Notes under the pieces: model-generated
Told to the model about the DNA's origin: nothing
Databases searched by the model: none
The model's input: only the letters and a program-made list of their open reading frames with translations
Part shown: in pieces, positions 13,714-25,467 of the stretch
How the letters are laid out: each line of letters starts with the position of its first letter
How positions within the stretch are numbered: the stretch's first letter is position 1
Assembly (NCBI RefSeq): GCF_006345805.1
Contig: NC_043001.1
Span: forward strand, 31,868,001-31,932,000
Source of the DNA: Octopus sinensis
Lineage: Eukaryota
DNA: 64,000 nt
Direction: 5' to 3'
Position numbers and translations under genes: made by a program

Positions 13714-14217
13714 TAACGTACATGTACACACAGGCACGAACATACACACGCACATACGCATAGACACAACACATACACAGATGCACACATTCGAGCAGCG
13801 TGGTGTAAAATGAACCATCGCGAAGACACTACATCACACTAATATGAATGAGCCTTACAAAGACTTACACACACACACACACGCGCACGCAGGCAACACA
13901 TACGCACGCGCGCACGCATGCACACGCACGCACGCATGCACACGCACGCACGCATGCACACGCACGCACACATGCTCACATCCTCACGTAAAACATATGT
14001 ACTTATGCGTTCACAATTCATCCCCAGTGATCCGAATCTTGTTAATGTATCATCCAGTTCTATGAAACTGTACCAGATGGTACTCTGTAGGGCTTTTCGA
14101 TTCTACATTCTACATAATTATGTATAGTCTTATTCCATCTTGAATTATGGTAATATATGGTACACCATTTCATATTCGCACAAACACTCCAAAACACACA
14201 CACATACTCACACACAG

Positions 14218-14629
14218 AGGCGAATGTATGGCTTTGTGGTAAGAAGCTTGCTTCCTGACCACATGGTTTCGAGTTCAGTCCCATTGCGCGGCACCTTGAG
14301 TTAGTGTTCTCTACTATAGCCTCAGGTCGACCAAGGCCTTGTGAGAGGAAATGGTAGATGGAAACTGAAAGAAGCCCGTGGTAATATATATATATATGTG
14401 TGTATGTGTGTGTTTGTGTCAGTGTATGTTTGTCCCCAACATTGCGCTTGACAACAGGTGTTGGCGTGTTTACATCCTCATAACTTAACGGTTCGGCAAA
14501 AGATACCGATAGAACAAGTACTAGGCTTACAAACAATAAGTCTTGGGGGTCGATTTCTTCGCCTAAAGCCCTTTAAGGCGGTACTTCAGTGGCCTCAGTC
14601 CTCAGTTAAATGACTGAAACAAGTAAAAT
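14218..14629 (+). mobile_element. SINE family A (diverged)
   Basis: Head, caccttgag core, internal microsatellite and tgactgaaacaagtaaaa tail. Confidence 0.85.
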
Positions 14630-14637
14630 AATATAAG

Positions 14638-14671
<34 letters not shown>

Positions 14672-14749
14672 CTGGTTAAAACTGGATTTCGAGCAATTCC
14701 ATCGCTCGATTATCCCGACCCCTTTTGTGACCATGTTTTTAAATAATTT

Positions 14750-14886
14750 TATTACTAAGCGGGTGTTGAGAACAAATTAAGCATAAACTATTGAAGGAAA
14801 GTTTTAATTTCGCTCAATTTAAAGCAAGAAATTTTTATCATAGAACCAAGGGTGAACTCAGGCTTGTTGGTAGCAAAAGGGTTAAC
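14750..14886. mobile_element. TTAA-flanked piggyBac-like MITE terminus
   Basis: Ends ggtagcaaaagggTTAA (a CCC TIR start next to TTAA); related sequence near 47380-47555. Confidence 0.45.
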
Positions 14887-15049
14887 TTTTGGCAATATGG
14901 ATGTGGCTTTTCAGTCCTGCTAGATCTACAAACTTAATGCACATATGAGGCAAGGATGGTCGCCTCTTGCAGCCGGTGTTCAGAGAGTTACCAGTCTGAC
15001 ATATGCCTTTATTTAGTCACAAAAATTTCATTGAAAGTTTTGCCATTCT

Positions 15050-15970
15050 TAGCCAGCCAGTCACGTGTTAGTGCCAGCGACATATAAATAATAATACAAA
15101 GCTGGCTCTTTGCAAATCATTTCTCTTACCATCCCTGTTATATTCCTGTGAAACTTGAACATGTTATGAAAGGCATTTTAAATTGTTAGAACAATTCCAC
15201 CAAAAATACCTTCATCGCATTTAAAAAATTAAATGGAGTTGCTTTACTCATCTGCAGGCATCACTTCAGTTAAAGCTATGATTTTGCGGAACCATTTCAG
15301 ATGGTGTGGCCATATTGTTCGAATGGCAGATGAACGCATACCGCAACGATTGTTTTATGGTGAGCATACAGAGAGGAAACACTATTGGCGTAAACCTAAA
15401 AAAAAGGTTTAAGGACGGCATAAGGACTATTATGAAGTCACTGGGAATGGTTCCAGAAGATATAGAAACCCTTGCTTCGGATCGAGTTGGATGGGGAACA
15501 AAGGTTTGGAGTGGAGTGCAAGCATTTGAAGGGGCCAGGATAACACAAGTTAGACTCAAAATTGATCTAAGGAAGAATGTAACGATCGAGAAGGTGAATG
15601 ACAATGACCTTTTTACGTGCACAGTCTGTGACAGACCATACCTGTCTTTTACTGGCCTACAAATCTCATCTGTGAACGCATGTGAAAAGAAATCCACCAA
15701 CTATTCTGCCTTTATGTCTGTGCACACCTTTGAATGCAGTGTATGTCAGAAGGTAAGCAAATCCAACGGAGGCCTCAAGAGACATTTTAAGATCCACAAA
15801 AAGCAGAACTTATCTGCAGCTCTTTGTGGTCCACATCGGGGGTGCAATCTATGTGGGTGTTTTTTCAGAACATTGTCTAGTTTAAAAAGCCACATCAGAT
15901 GCCATGATGGTGCTAAGGTGTAGGTACAGGAGGTGGTTAAACTCTGTATAAGGAGTAGACAACCACCACA
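15050..15970 (+). mobile_element. 5'-truncated RTE-clade LINE with three C-terminal C2H2 zinc fingers (pseudogenised ORF2 end)
   Basis: TKLALCKSFLLPSLLYSCET*TCYERHFKLLEQFHQKYLHRI*KIKW; RWCGHIVRMADERIPQRLFYGE; KRFKDGIRT..LASDRVGW; then CTVCDRPYLSFTGL(KSHL*TH), CSVCQKVSKSNGGLKRHFKIH, CNLCGCFFRTLSSLKSHIRCH. Confidence 0.85.
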
Positions 15971-16228
15971 TGTATGTCTATATGTATATACATATGTAAG
16001 TATATATATATATATATGCATATACATACATACATATATATATGCAAATACATACATACATATATATATGCAAATACATACGTACGTATATATATATATA
16101 TGCATATACATATATATATATGCATATACATACATACATACATATATGCATATACATACATACATACATATATATATACGTACTTACACATATGTATATA
16201 AACATATATATATATATATATATATATA

Positions 16229-17021
16229 CAAATATCTATACATATACATACATAAAATACATACATATGTATATATATTGACATATATATATACACACAT
16301 AAATAAAAATACATAACTATATATGTACACACACATACACACACACACACACCACACACACACAAATATATATATATACGAGAAAGAAGCAACAAGAATG
16401 GATCAGTTTTTAGTACAATTGTTTCATACAAAGACAGGCTTTATTAAAAGTTGCAAAAATTTATCTGCTGCAATTTTTGCAACTTTTAATAAAGCCTGTC
16501 TTTGTATGAAACAATTGTACTAAAAACTAATCCATTCTTGTTGCTTCTTTCTCGTTTATAATCACCCGACATTACTGTATGGTTAGCACCATATAGTTTT
16601 CTGGTGCATCTAAGTTAAGTACCGCATTCAAGTAAATTCATTAGAATTGACTTGAATCTTAATTGCTTTTATTATATATATATATATATACAAATATCTA
16701 TACATATACATACATAAAAATACATACATATGTATATATATTGACATATATATATACACACATAAATAAAAATACATAACTATATATGTACACACACATA
16801 CACACACACACAAATATATATATATATATACGAGAAAGAAGCAACAAGAATGGATTAGTTTTTAGTACAATTGTTTCATACAAAGACAGGCTTTATTAAA
16901 AGTTGCAAAAATTGCAGCAGATAAAAGTGTCCCAACACCATATAGTTTTCTGGTGCATCTAAGTTAAGTACCGCACTCAAGTAAATTCATTAGAATTGAC
17001 TTGAATCTTAATTGCTTTTAT

Positions 17022-17052
<31 letters not shown>

Positions 17053-17393
17053 TATATATATACAAATATCTATACATATACATACATAAAAATACATACA
17101 TATGTATATATATTGACATATATATATACACACATAAATAAAAATACATAACTATATATGTACACACACATACACACACACACAAATATATATATATATA
17201 TATATACGAGAAAGAAGCAACAAGAATGGATTAGTTTTTAGTACAATTGTTTCATACAAAGACAGGCTTTATTAAAAGTTGCAAAAATTGCAGCAGATAA
17301 AAGTGTCCCAACACCATATAGTTTTCTGGTGCATCTAACTTAAGTACCGCACTCAAGTAATTCATTAGAATTGACTTGAATCTTAATTGCTTT

Positions 17394-17436
<43 letters not shown>

Positions 17437-18117
17437 AATATCTATACATACATACATAAAAATACATACATATGTATATATATTGACATATATATATACA
17501 CACATAAATAAAAATACATAACTATATATGTACACACACATACACACACACCACACACATATATATATATAATTATATACGAGAAAGAAGCAACAAGAAT
17601 GGATTAGTTTTTAGTACATTGTTTCATACAAAGACAGGCTTTATTAAAAGTTGCAAAAATTGCAGCAGATAAAAGTGTCTCCAACACCATATAGTTTTCT
17701 GGTGCATCTAACTTAAGTACCGCACTCAAGTAATTCATTAGAATTGACTTGATCTTAATTGCTTTTATTATATATATATATATATATACAAATATCTAAC
17801 ATATACATACATAAAAATACATACATATGTATATATATTGACATATATATATACACACATAAATAAAAATACATAACTATATATGTACACACACATACAC
17901 ACACCACAAATATATATATATATATATACGAGAAGAAGCAACAAGAATGGATTAGTTTTTAGTACAATTGTTTCATACAAAGACAGGCTTTATTAAAAGT
18001 GCAAAAATTGCAGCAGATAAAAGTGTCCCACAACATATAGTTTTCTTTCTGGTGCATCTAAGTTAAGTACCGCACTCAAGTCAATTCATTAGAATTGACT
18101 TGAATCTTAATTGCTTT

Positions 18118-18178
<61 letters not shown>

Positions 18179-18517
18179 ACAATTATCTATACATATACAT
18201 ACATAAAAAACATACATACATATGTATAATATTGACATATATATATACACACATAAATAAAAATACATAACTATATATGTACACACCCATACACACACAC
18301 ACACCAATATATATATATATAATATATATATACGAGAAAGAAGCAACAAGAATGGATTAGTTTTTAGTACAATTGTTTCATCAAAGACAGGCTTTATTAA
18401 ATTTGCAAAATTGCAGCAGATAAAAGTGTCCCAACACCATATAGTTTTCTGGTGCATCTAAGTTAAGTACCGCACTCAAGTAAATTCATTAGAATTGACT
18501 TGAATCTTAATTGCTTT

Positions 18518-18555
<38 letters not shown>

Positions 18556-19018
18556 TTATAATATATATATATTACAAATATCTATACATATACATACATA
18601 AAAATACTACATATGTATATATATTTGACTATATAAGACAATATACACACATAAATAAAAATACATACCTAATATGTACACACACATACACACACACACA
18701 AAAATATATATATATATATATATATATCTACGAGAAAGAAGCAACAAGAATGGATTAGTTTTTTAGTACAATTGTTTCATACAAGACAGGCTTTTTAAAC
18801 GGGACACTTTTATCTGCTGCAATTTTTGCAACTTTTAATAAAGCCTGTCTTTGTATGAAACAATTGTACTAAAAACTAATCCATTCTTGTTGCTTCTTTC
18901 TCGTTTATAATCACCCGACATTACTGTATGGTTAACACCATATAGTTTTCTGGTGCATCTAAGTTAAGTACCGCATTCAAGTAAATTCATTAGAATTGAC
19001 TTGAATCTTAATTGCTTT

Positions 19019-19088
<70 letters not shown>
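16229..19088. repeat. Seven-unit tandem array (~350-460 bp units) containing MITE-like arm(s) and TA tracts
   Basis: Unit starts near 16229, 16691, 17063, 17435, 17789, 18177, 18575; each has gagaaagaagcaacaagaatgg.. and ggtgcatctaa(g/c)ttaagtaccgca..; units 1 and 7 contain foldbacks 16379-16554 and 18731-18903. Confidence 0.95.
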
Positions 19089-19092
<4 letters not shown>

Positions 19093-19962
19093 TGAAGTAT
19101 AAGGATTTCGGATAACTATGTCATAGTTATTTGTAACAATGCAGTAAATTACACACTGATAATCCGTTTGCTGTTGAGCATATAAATTGCAGGACTCAAA
19201 ACAATAATAATGTTGAAACGCACGTAGGCATTATAATATAAACTTGTGCTATCCTAATTTCTTATGTATGTATGTATGCATGAATGCATGTATGTATGTA
19301 CGTATCTATCTATACATGCATGCATGCATGCATGCATACATACATACATGCATACATACATACATACATACATATACTACACACACACACACACATATAT
19401 ATATATACACGTATAAATATGTATATAAACATTTTCTGCATTATATAGATTCATAGAATAATGTGGCTATCACAGAAAGCTCCTCTAGTGGATCCGGCTT
19501 TCATACCACCATACCGCATAGTAATCCAATATAGAAGAGTATAATGCAGGGTTTTATGCAGCTGAATTCCAAGATATCCGATAAGGTTTATATAAACCAT
19601 AAAACGTCAGGAGGGATGAGAGGTGGATATATTTGTTTAATTACTTGATATCCCTAGAATTACAACCGGTTTGCAGCCTTGATAATGCAGTACTAACTTA
19701 GTGTATGATAAATTATTTTATATATCTGGACCAATATGAATATTATGCATTATACAATACAATGGTACATTTACAAATCAATGTAGATAAAGAAGGCTAG
19801 CTCATTTATGGATGCATCATGCATATTGGTACAGCATGTAAAATAATTTATTGTACACTATTTTATTAAAGCAGGATGTAGGCTGTGAAACAGCTGTAAG
19901 CCTGGGAAAAGCAAGTATATATATAGAATACTTTCTATGATATATATATATATATATATATA

Positions 19963-20460
19963 TCTTATTATAAAAGGCAGATTTTAGCTGCCTCCCTTTG
20001 GGAGTTATACAAATCTACAATATAGGATTTCTTCAATTACAATTTACCTTGCATTTTTAAGAGTACAATGTATCGCGTCATGCCAGGTCCAGTTTTTAAA
20101 ATTTAAACTCCAGTTAAGCAAAATTTACAGAAAACTCACATTCTGGTGTGTGTGTCAAATGCTTTTCTTAGTCTGGTTTACAGCACACGCAAACGCACAC
20201 ACACAGTGGGCAACGAATAAAATGAAAGTAATTGACTTACTGTAGTGAGTGATTCTTTCACACTGTGCCTCCCACTTCCTATTTCCACACAGACACGCAA
20301 ATATATAAATAAAATTGTAAGCTAACGTGCGTGTGTGTGAAGTGGGTGTGTGTGGGGGTGTGCGCGTGTGTGTGTGTGAGGGTGCGTGTGTGTGGTGTGT
20401 GTGTGTGCGTGTGCGTGAGTGTGTGACAGGAAAGTTTTTTTACGACGAATATAACACCTA
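19963..20460 (+). mobile_element. Helitron-like element, 5' part
   Basis: A|TCTTATTATAAAAGGCAG start; no CTAG end found. Confidence 0.35.
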
Positions 20461-20477
20461 TATCCAAGTAGCAGAAA

Positions 20478-20950
20478 GATAAGACAGTAAGGTGTGATTT
20501 GAGGGAGATTTGGCTGCTATTTCTACCATGTCTAGCTGCCATGTAGGGGTCTCTCCTCATAGGCTCATACATAAATATATACATAGATAAGACAGTAAGG
20601 TGTGATTTGGGGGAAATTTGGCTGCTATTTCTACCAGGTCTAGCTGCCATGTAGGGGTCTCCCTCATAGGCTCATACATACATATATACATAGATAAGAC
20701 AGTAAGGTGTGATTTGGGGGAAATTTGGCTGCTATTTCTACCAGGTCTAGCTGCCATGTAGGGGTCTCCCTCATAGGCTCATACATACATATATACATAG
20801 ATAAGACAGTAAGGTGTGATTTGGGGGAAATTTGGCTGCTATTTCTACCAGGTCTAGCTACCATGTAGAGGTCCCCCTCATTGGCTCATATATATATACA
20901 TACATAAGACAGTAAGGTTGTGATTTGAGGGAGATTTGGCTGGTGTTTCT
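20478..20950. repeat. 107-bp minisatellite, about 4.5 units
   Basis: Unit gataagacagtaaggtgtgatttgggggaaatttggctgctatttctaccaggtctagctgccatgtaggggtctccctcataggctcatacatacatatatacata at 20478, 20586, 20693, 20800, 20903. Confidence 0.95.
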
Positions 20951-21044
20951 ACCAGGTCTGTTAGGCCTTCTCATGTAAACTCAAGCTTTCTCATGCCTTC
21001 AACATATGACCAAAGCAGAGAATGTATTCTTTTATTCTTCTGCT

Positions 21045-21250
21045 TTTTCCAGCCATGGTCTGTGGCCATGCTGGGGCAATGCCTTGAAGAATTGTAGTTT
21101 AATGAATCAACTCCAGTTTTATTTTTGTAAGCATTGTACTTATTCTATCTGTTTCCTTTGTCAAACCACTAGGTGACAGGGATGTAAACAAACCAACATT
21201 CGTTGTCAAGCAGTGGTGGAGGACAATCACAAGCACAGACACGCACACAC
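21045..21250 (-). mobile_element. Degenerate SINE family A 3' half
   Basis: ggccatgctggggc..acttattctatc..gatgtaaacaaaccaacattcgttgtcaagc matches the family A reverse complement. Confidence 0.65.
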
Positions 21251-21323
21251 ACACACACATACATGCTACACATATACACAATACATACATACATACATAT
21301 ATATATATGTGTGTATATATATA

Positions 21324-21579
21324 TTGCAGCGTGGAAGGTGTTTGTAAGCCATTTAAGAAACACAAAAAACCGTACATTCACTTCAACATTTAAATTTAAT
21401 TTGCCAAAATATTTTCGTCGCTTCAGACCGCGACCTGTTCACTGACAAAGATATCGTGCTAACAGGTCGCGGTCTCAAAGCGACGAAAATATTTTCACAA
21501 ATTAAATTTAAATGTTGAAGTGAATCTAACGGTTTTTGTGTGTTTCTTAAATGGCTTATAAACACCTTCAACGCTGCAA
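21324..21579. repeat. 256-bp near-perfect palindrome (foldback element)
   Basis: ~117-bp arms ttgcagcgtggaagg..cgcgacctgtt / aacaggtcgcg..ccttcaacgctgcaa around a ~21-nt loop. Confidence 0.95.
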
Positions 21580-21742
21580 CTGTTTTCGTTCCAGCACACG
21601 ATCTCAGATCAAGTCACTGCTATGCAAGTACATCTCTGTAACTATATATATATTTATATATATATATATATATGTATATTGGTAAAAACAGTAAGATAAC
21701 AAAAGAAAGAAAGAGACCTCAATATTATGTAAATAGAGGAAA

Positions 21743-22135
21743 TCTTTATATATAAAAGTGAGGTTGTGTGTCTGTCTCCTACGATTTAGATTCCTAACTA
21801 CTCCCACATTTTGCGGTGCAGTTTAACCAAAACCGGGTATCTTATAGTCGTGATTCATATCGAGACCGTCTGGGTATTAGCGCGCGTCTACGATGAGTCT
21901 ACGATTTAAAAAAAATTTACCATCGATTTTTCCCATTTTAATCCATTTTTGACATATATAAGGGAAGTAGTAACTCTAAAATTTATTATTAAATCTCAGA
22001 ACGTAAAAAGCTACAGTAACACCCCTCCCCTTTGTGGTTAGCCATATTGAGATGGCTATTATACTTTACATCTCTAAAAATGCTTATATAATTATTTCCC
22101 TTACAAACCCAAGCAACGCCGGGCGATACTGCTAG
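21743..22135 (+). mobile_element. Non-autonomous Helitron (same family as 1367-1879)
   Basis: A|TCTTTATATATAAAAG ... gcaacgccgggcgatactgCTAG|T. Confidence 0.8.
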
Positions 22136-22276
22136 TATATTGATAAAAATGGTAAGACAACAAAAGAAAGAAAGAGACCTCGATATTATGTAAATTTATC
22201 TGTAAAGGTAATATGTATCACACAGTAATTTCCCTTTGTATAACGATCATTTTTCATAGCATCTTTCCGATGGCCG

Positions 22277-22331
22277 GATAACTGAAGAGATAGCAGTGTG
22301 GATTTCCACATCCGAAACTCGGAGTTTTATC
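22277..22331 (+). ncRNA. Minimal type I hammerhead ribozyme motif (probably PLE-derived)
   Basis: Stem I gataa/ttatc, core CTGAAGA, stem II containing gtgtgga/tccacat, GAAA, stem III ctc-g-gag, GTT cleavage triplet. Confidence 0.7.
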
Positions 22332-22366
22332 ATGGTTACCGAATAATTTACATATTACATTTACAG

Positions 22367-22400
<34 letters not shown>

Positions 22401-22575
22401 GTATATATCCCGTCCATTATATCACGTACAAACTATTTTTGGGGAAACGATACATTTTAAGTTAACTTAATATTCTACTCTATCGCTCGAATTGCAAGAA
22501 TTAGCAACCGTATCTTCTTCGGATAATGCTTTGCCGTCTGAAAATGACACAATTTGAGAAAGAACATATTTTTAG

Positions 22576-22701
22576 GTTAACGTATTGCGATACCAGTTTC
22601 AGGATGAGGAACTCCGAAACTGTCAGCTACAAGCTCTATCTTCTTAATATTATTCCACCAGAAGTAGTTTACGTTGTTACTATATCTTTCACTAATATAA
22701 G
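22576..22701 (+). CDS. Candidate coding exon (unverified)
   Basis: ttttag|...|gtaaat, 126 bp, one open frame LTYCDTSFRMRNSETVSYKLYLLNIIPPEVVYVVTISFTNI; no recognised homology. Confidence 0.2.
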
Positions 22702-23840
22702 GTAAATGTTCCACTGTCACAAGGAGTAGAACGAGATGGTGAGTTTTAAAATGTGGAAATGTTTGTGGAAGTGGATAGGTAAAGCCAGTCTTTGTCCTCC
22801 GAGCGAAGTAAAATCACTTTGGATGGTATTTACTTAAATTTGACGTTCTTTTCTTGCTGCCTTTTCCCCTTTTCTTCATTAATACAATAAGGAATCGCAG
22901 TTCATTATGTATTGACCTTAATGTCGAAACACGTACGAAAGCGTCATTTCAGACAGATATATATATTTTTTCTTTTCAAAAGTTTACATTTAATTCATGG
23001 CAAATTCAAATAAGGGGACAAAATTATACAGCGTACACTTCTTTTCAGAATTGATAGCAAGCATCAGTAATGAATTCTCCAACACATCCCGCCCCCATTA
23101 ATATCCATGGTTAAGTAGATATAAAGAGACGGGTACAGAGATAAGTGGTTGATTCGCTCATTGACCTCACCCAGGAGAAAACAAACTTGCAAACTAACAC
23201 ATACACAAATAAAATAATCGATTCATTAAATAAAAATTGAAATCGAAAATACTACCTTCAACCATTTAAATTTAAAACCAGCCTAGCAAAGATGACGAAG
23301 AAAAAGAGGAAAAAATTGTCCCTTATAAACACTGAAACCACTAGTACCATTCACAACAATAACTGCGAGACGATTATTAGAATAGAATTTAGCAATGTTT
23401 ACAATAAAAATAAATACATTTGGTCCCCCCCGTCTAGATATATGCAAATCTTATACTATTAACAGACGTTATATTGAAATATAGGGCGGTCGATTGCTGA
23501 AATCATTAGAGCATAGTTATTTGTTCCAGCTCATTGCATTCTGAATACTGCCAGGGTCAGCTTTGTTTTCATCTTTTCGATATTGATGAAATGAAGTTGC
23601 AATCGAGAACTGGGTTCGTTTCCTTTCAGAACCTGTTTCTTTTTGTTGTGAGAAGGAAGCGAGAAACCACCCACAAAATTCTTTTCGTCCAACACATCCC
23701 GTTTCACTGTATTGCAATGAAAGGATGTAGTCGCCGAGAATCTGGCAAAGTGTGGTACATGAAAATGATGTCGAAATACTTTTTGTAACTAGTAAATTAC
23801 TTAAATCTCGTAAGTAATATACACGTATATCAAGTTATAT

Positions 23841-24068
23841 ATTTCTTTACTACCCACAAGGGGCTAAACATAGAGGGGACAAACAAGGACAGACAAAGGG
23901 ATTAAGTCGATTACATCGACCCCAGTGCAAAACTGGTACTTTATTTATCGACCCCGAAAGGATGAAAGGCAAAGTCGACCTCGGCGGAATTTGAACTCAG
24001 AACATAGCGGCAGACGAAATACCGCTAAGCATTTCGCCCGGCACGCTAACGTTTCTGCCAGCTCGCCG
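23841..24068 (-). mobile_element. tRNA-derived SINE family B (tail variant 1)
   Basis: Reverse complement of ggcgagctggcagaaacgttag..ttctgagttcaaattccgccg..ccccttgtgggtagtaaagaaat; TSD cgtatatcaagttata on both sides. Confidence 0.9.
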
Positions 24069-24715
24069 TATATCAAGTTATAGATAACTTTGTCCCAGAC
24101 ACTCTTACTCTTAACGTAGTCTTCAGGCAGATTCAGCGAGACCCAGAGTGAAACAAAAAAGTCCTCCTTATTCCGTCTGTAGCCCATTCGACTGACTTCC
24201 CACACTTCGATTGAAATTTACTCAGAAGTTTTAGGGTGAGCCATGGCTAGGTAAAAACCGCATGCCCAGTAAGTCATGTAATGATATCGAACTAAGGATC
24301 TCTAGATTGCAATGGGAATTTTTAGCCACAAGCTTCCTCACCCGCTGCATGCAATACACACGTATGTTCGTGTATGAGCGAGAGCTTTTTCATGTAAGCT
24401 TGTATATCGGACGCGCAACCCAACAGCAAAAACTTGTACCCCACACGTTACGTGTGCAGAGTACTTCTTTTGTTTACAACTGAGCTAGAAGAACCGTCAG
24501 TACTTGGATAAAAAAAAAAATGCTTGGCGGTAATTCATCCGCCTGTACGTTCTGAGTTCAAATTCTGCCGAGGTCGACTCTACCTGTCATCTTTCAGGGT
24601 CGATAAATTAAATACCAGTTGAGCACTGAAGCTAATATAATCGACCTAATCGACGGTATTGCTGGTTTTGCGCAAAAATTTGACACTAAGCTTCATCTAT
24701 ATATTGGATATATAT

Positions 24716-25066
24716 TGGGTTCAGTCCCACTGCGTGGCACCTTGGGCAAGTGTCTTCTACTATAGCCTCGGGCCAACCAAAGCCTTGTGAGTGGATTTGG
24801 TAGACGGAAACTGAAAGAAGCCCGTCGTATATATGTATATATGTAAGTGTGTGTATATGTTTGTGCGTCTGTGTTTGTCTACCCAACATCGATTGACAAC
24901 CGATGCTGGTGTGTTTACGTCTCCGTAACTTAGCGGTTCGGCAAAAGAGACCGATAGAATAAGCACTAGGCTTACAAAGAATAAGTCCTGGGGTCGATTT
25001 GCTCGACTAAAGGTGTTGCTCCAGCATGGCCACAGTCAAATGACTGAAACAAGTAAAAGAGTAAAG
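24716..25066 (+). mobile_element. SINE family A, 5'-truncated
   Basis: Starts at the B box (gggttcagtcccactgcgtggcaccttgggcaag); complete tail. Confidence 0.9.
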
Positions 25067-25071
25067 AGAGA

Positions 25072-25109
<38 letters not shown>

Positions 25110-25467
25110 TATATATACAGGAATTATGGGAAAATGAAAAGAAAGAAAATAAGGAATCAGGTAATCTTTTGGCGAAACTGGAATCCTGAATTTATTATAT
25201 GCTCCTACAAAAATTAGATTTTTTTTTAATATCAATTTATATATTATAAAATTGTACTGCTATCTATCTATCTATTGTATGCATTCTCAAAAATTAAATT
25301 TTGTTTATATTTTTACTATATAATCGTCCCACTAGTTGTTTTCTATTTAACTACCTGTCTATCTATTTTTATAAACTACTGTGAAAAAACAGGAAAGAAA
25401 TAGTTAATCATTTAGTCTAAGCAATATCAATACGATTGGTATTCTTTGTGAAATGATTAATAATAAA

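Noticed and set aside
15306-15923. Host C2H2 zinc-finger gene
   Set aside because: The fingers are contiguous with frameshifted RTE ORF2 motifs, and the ORF's N-terminus is an out-of-frame reading of the LINE.
16229-19088. CRISPR-like or gene array
   Set aside because: Units are wholly repeated with no unique spacers; eukaryotic context; no cas genes.
23534-23788. 84-aa ORF in unique sequence with an upstream acceptor
   Set aside because: No recognisable motif or convincing donor; the length is attainable by chance.
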